A stretch of DNA of 63,816 bases, filler included, from Octopus bimaculoides (lineage: Eukaryota), in the NCBI RefSeq assembly GCF_001194135.2. It is 7 parts of 6 records of this genome, joined end to end, with 100 filler letters (N's around TTAATTAATTAA, not from the genome) between each part and the next. Parts side by side here need not be neighbours in the genome. Positions count along the whole stretch, not along the records: positions 62,727 to 63,816 come from NW_026322120.1; 6 more parts are not named here. The stretch is one strand, 5' to 3'. Within the stretch, counting starts at the first letter, position 1. The number at the start of each line of letters is the position of its first letter. The notes beneath the pieces are model-generated. The model was not told the origin of the DNA. It made no database searches and worked only from the letters and a program-made list of their open reading frames with translations. The position numbers and the translations under genes were made by a program. Of the stretch, positions 62,627 through 63,816 are shown in pieces.

Positions 62627-62726
62627 NNNNNNNNNNNNNNNNNNNNNNNNNNNNNNNNNNNNNNNNNNNNTTAATTAATTAANNNNNNNNNNNNNNNNNN
62701 NNNNNNNNNNNNNNNNNNNNNNNNNN
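62627..62726. other. Artificial contig-join spacer
   Basis: 44 N + TTAATTAATTAA + 44 N. Confidence 0.95.
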
Positions 62727-63622
62727 ATATACATATACATATATATATATGATCCCACGCATTTACTGAGAAACATATATTTGCTCTTCTAATGAGGAGA
62801 CAGCTCTCCGATATGTAATTAAAACGATTCCCGTAGTAGTGAATGAAAATATATTTTAAGGGATTATATAACTTTTCTTTTAACAAATGTGTAATTGGTC
62901 TATGTTTCTTTTATATTTTATCAATTTTTCAGAAATCCGATTCATATGTTTTTATGTTGCTAAGGGACTTTAAGAATATTATGTGACATTTAGCATCGAC
63001 ACTAAAGGAGACTTTCTTTTTTATTTCTATTTCATTTCTTTTTGTTTCTATACCATGTAAAAAAAATGCTGTCTCATGATGTTGTCGCATTATAAAAATT
63101 GTAGTTGAAAACTAAATAAATATAATATCATATAAAATGTTTTCTAATAAATATTCATATAAGAACGACAAGTGCGTCCAGACGAAGCCGTATATATTGT
63201 ACTTAAAGAAAAGCCAGACTATAATATTGACTATAAGTCATGAAGAATCAGTGGTGATATAATAGCAATAAAACAAATTAAAGTGTAAAGAAAACGTAGT
63301 AAAAGACATATGATCATATATGAATATAGCCATCGGTGGATAATTGAATCCCCAACATAAGGAAAAAATCGAATTTGAGGTAGGGTATTGTCCATTATTG
63401 TTGTAACTAGGTGAGAACAGATATTCTTGCTATCGAGAAATGCATCTTGTAGGAGTATGCAAAACTTTATAAGGCAACACACCAATTGAAAAAATTGAGC
63501 AAAGAAGCTTCCCAGTAAGAACATATTCTTCGTTTTTATGATAGCATATTCTTTGAAAAAACAATTGTTTAGAACAATTTATTTTTTGTACATATATATA
63601 TATATATATATATATTATTATG

Positions 63623-63658
<36 letters not shown>

Positions 63659-63782
63659 TATTTATTTTCTTTAAGTTAATAAATAACTCGGACTAAATAA
63701 ATTGGTTAATAGATACCAGGGTAGCAAAGATCACAAAATGACTGTGGCGTAACACCTGTTTATGAGGTAGAAACTCATAAAC

Positions 63783-63816
<34 letters not shown>

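Overview
AT-rich, microsatellite-laden eukaryotic DNA, most likely an octopus (inferred from the tRNA-headed SINE families, the RTE/CR1/R4 LINE mix and the repeat load; not database-confirmed). Six artificial 100-bp spacers (44 N + TTAATTAATTAA + 44 N) split it into seven segments whose adjacency is not sequence-supported. One host gene is supported: the 3' part of NUFIP1 (box C/D snoRNP assembly factor) on the minus strand, with 8-9 phase-consistent exons between 15007 and 2772; its 5' zinc-finger exons were not found. The rest is mostly transposon debris: two R4/Dong-type RT-RLE fragments, several RTE pieces including a ~2.8-kb BovB-like copy, a ~4.2-kb CR1-group LINE, two Penelope-like remnants, a Helitron helicase fossil, a mariner, a DD41D transposon, MITEs and about 20 SINE copies from at least five families. 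Most ORF-track entries are microsatellite, gap or antisense artefacts. Best leads: (1) a 204-nt, 95.6% identical fold-back element duplicated in consecutive NUFIP1 introns (candidate structured ncRNA); (2) hammerhead-ribozyme-like cores in a tRNA-headed SINE and in two copies of a Penelope-LTR-like repeat; (3) a LINE tail matching the tail of the commonest SINE; (4) a perfect ERE palindrome next to a second imperfect one. None has been tested computationally.
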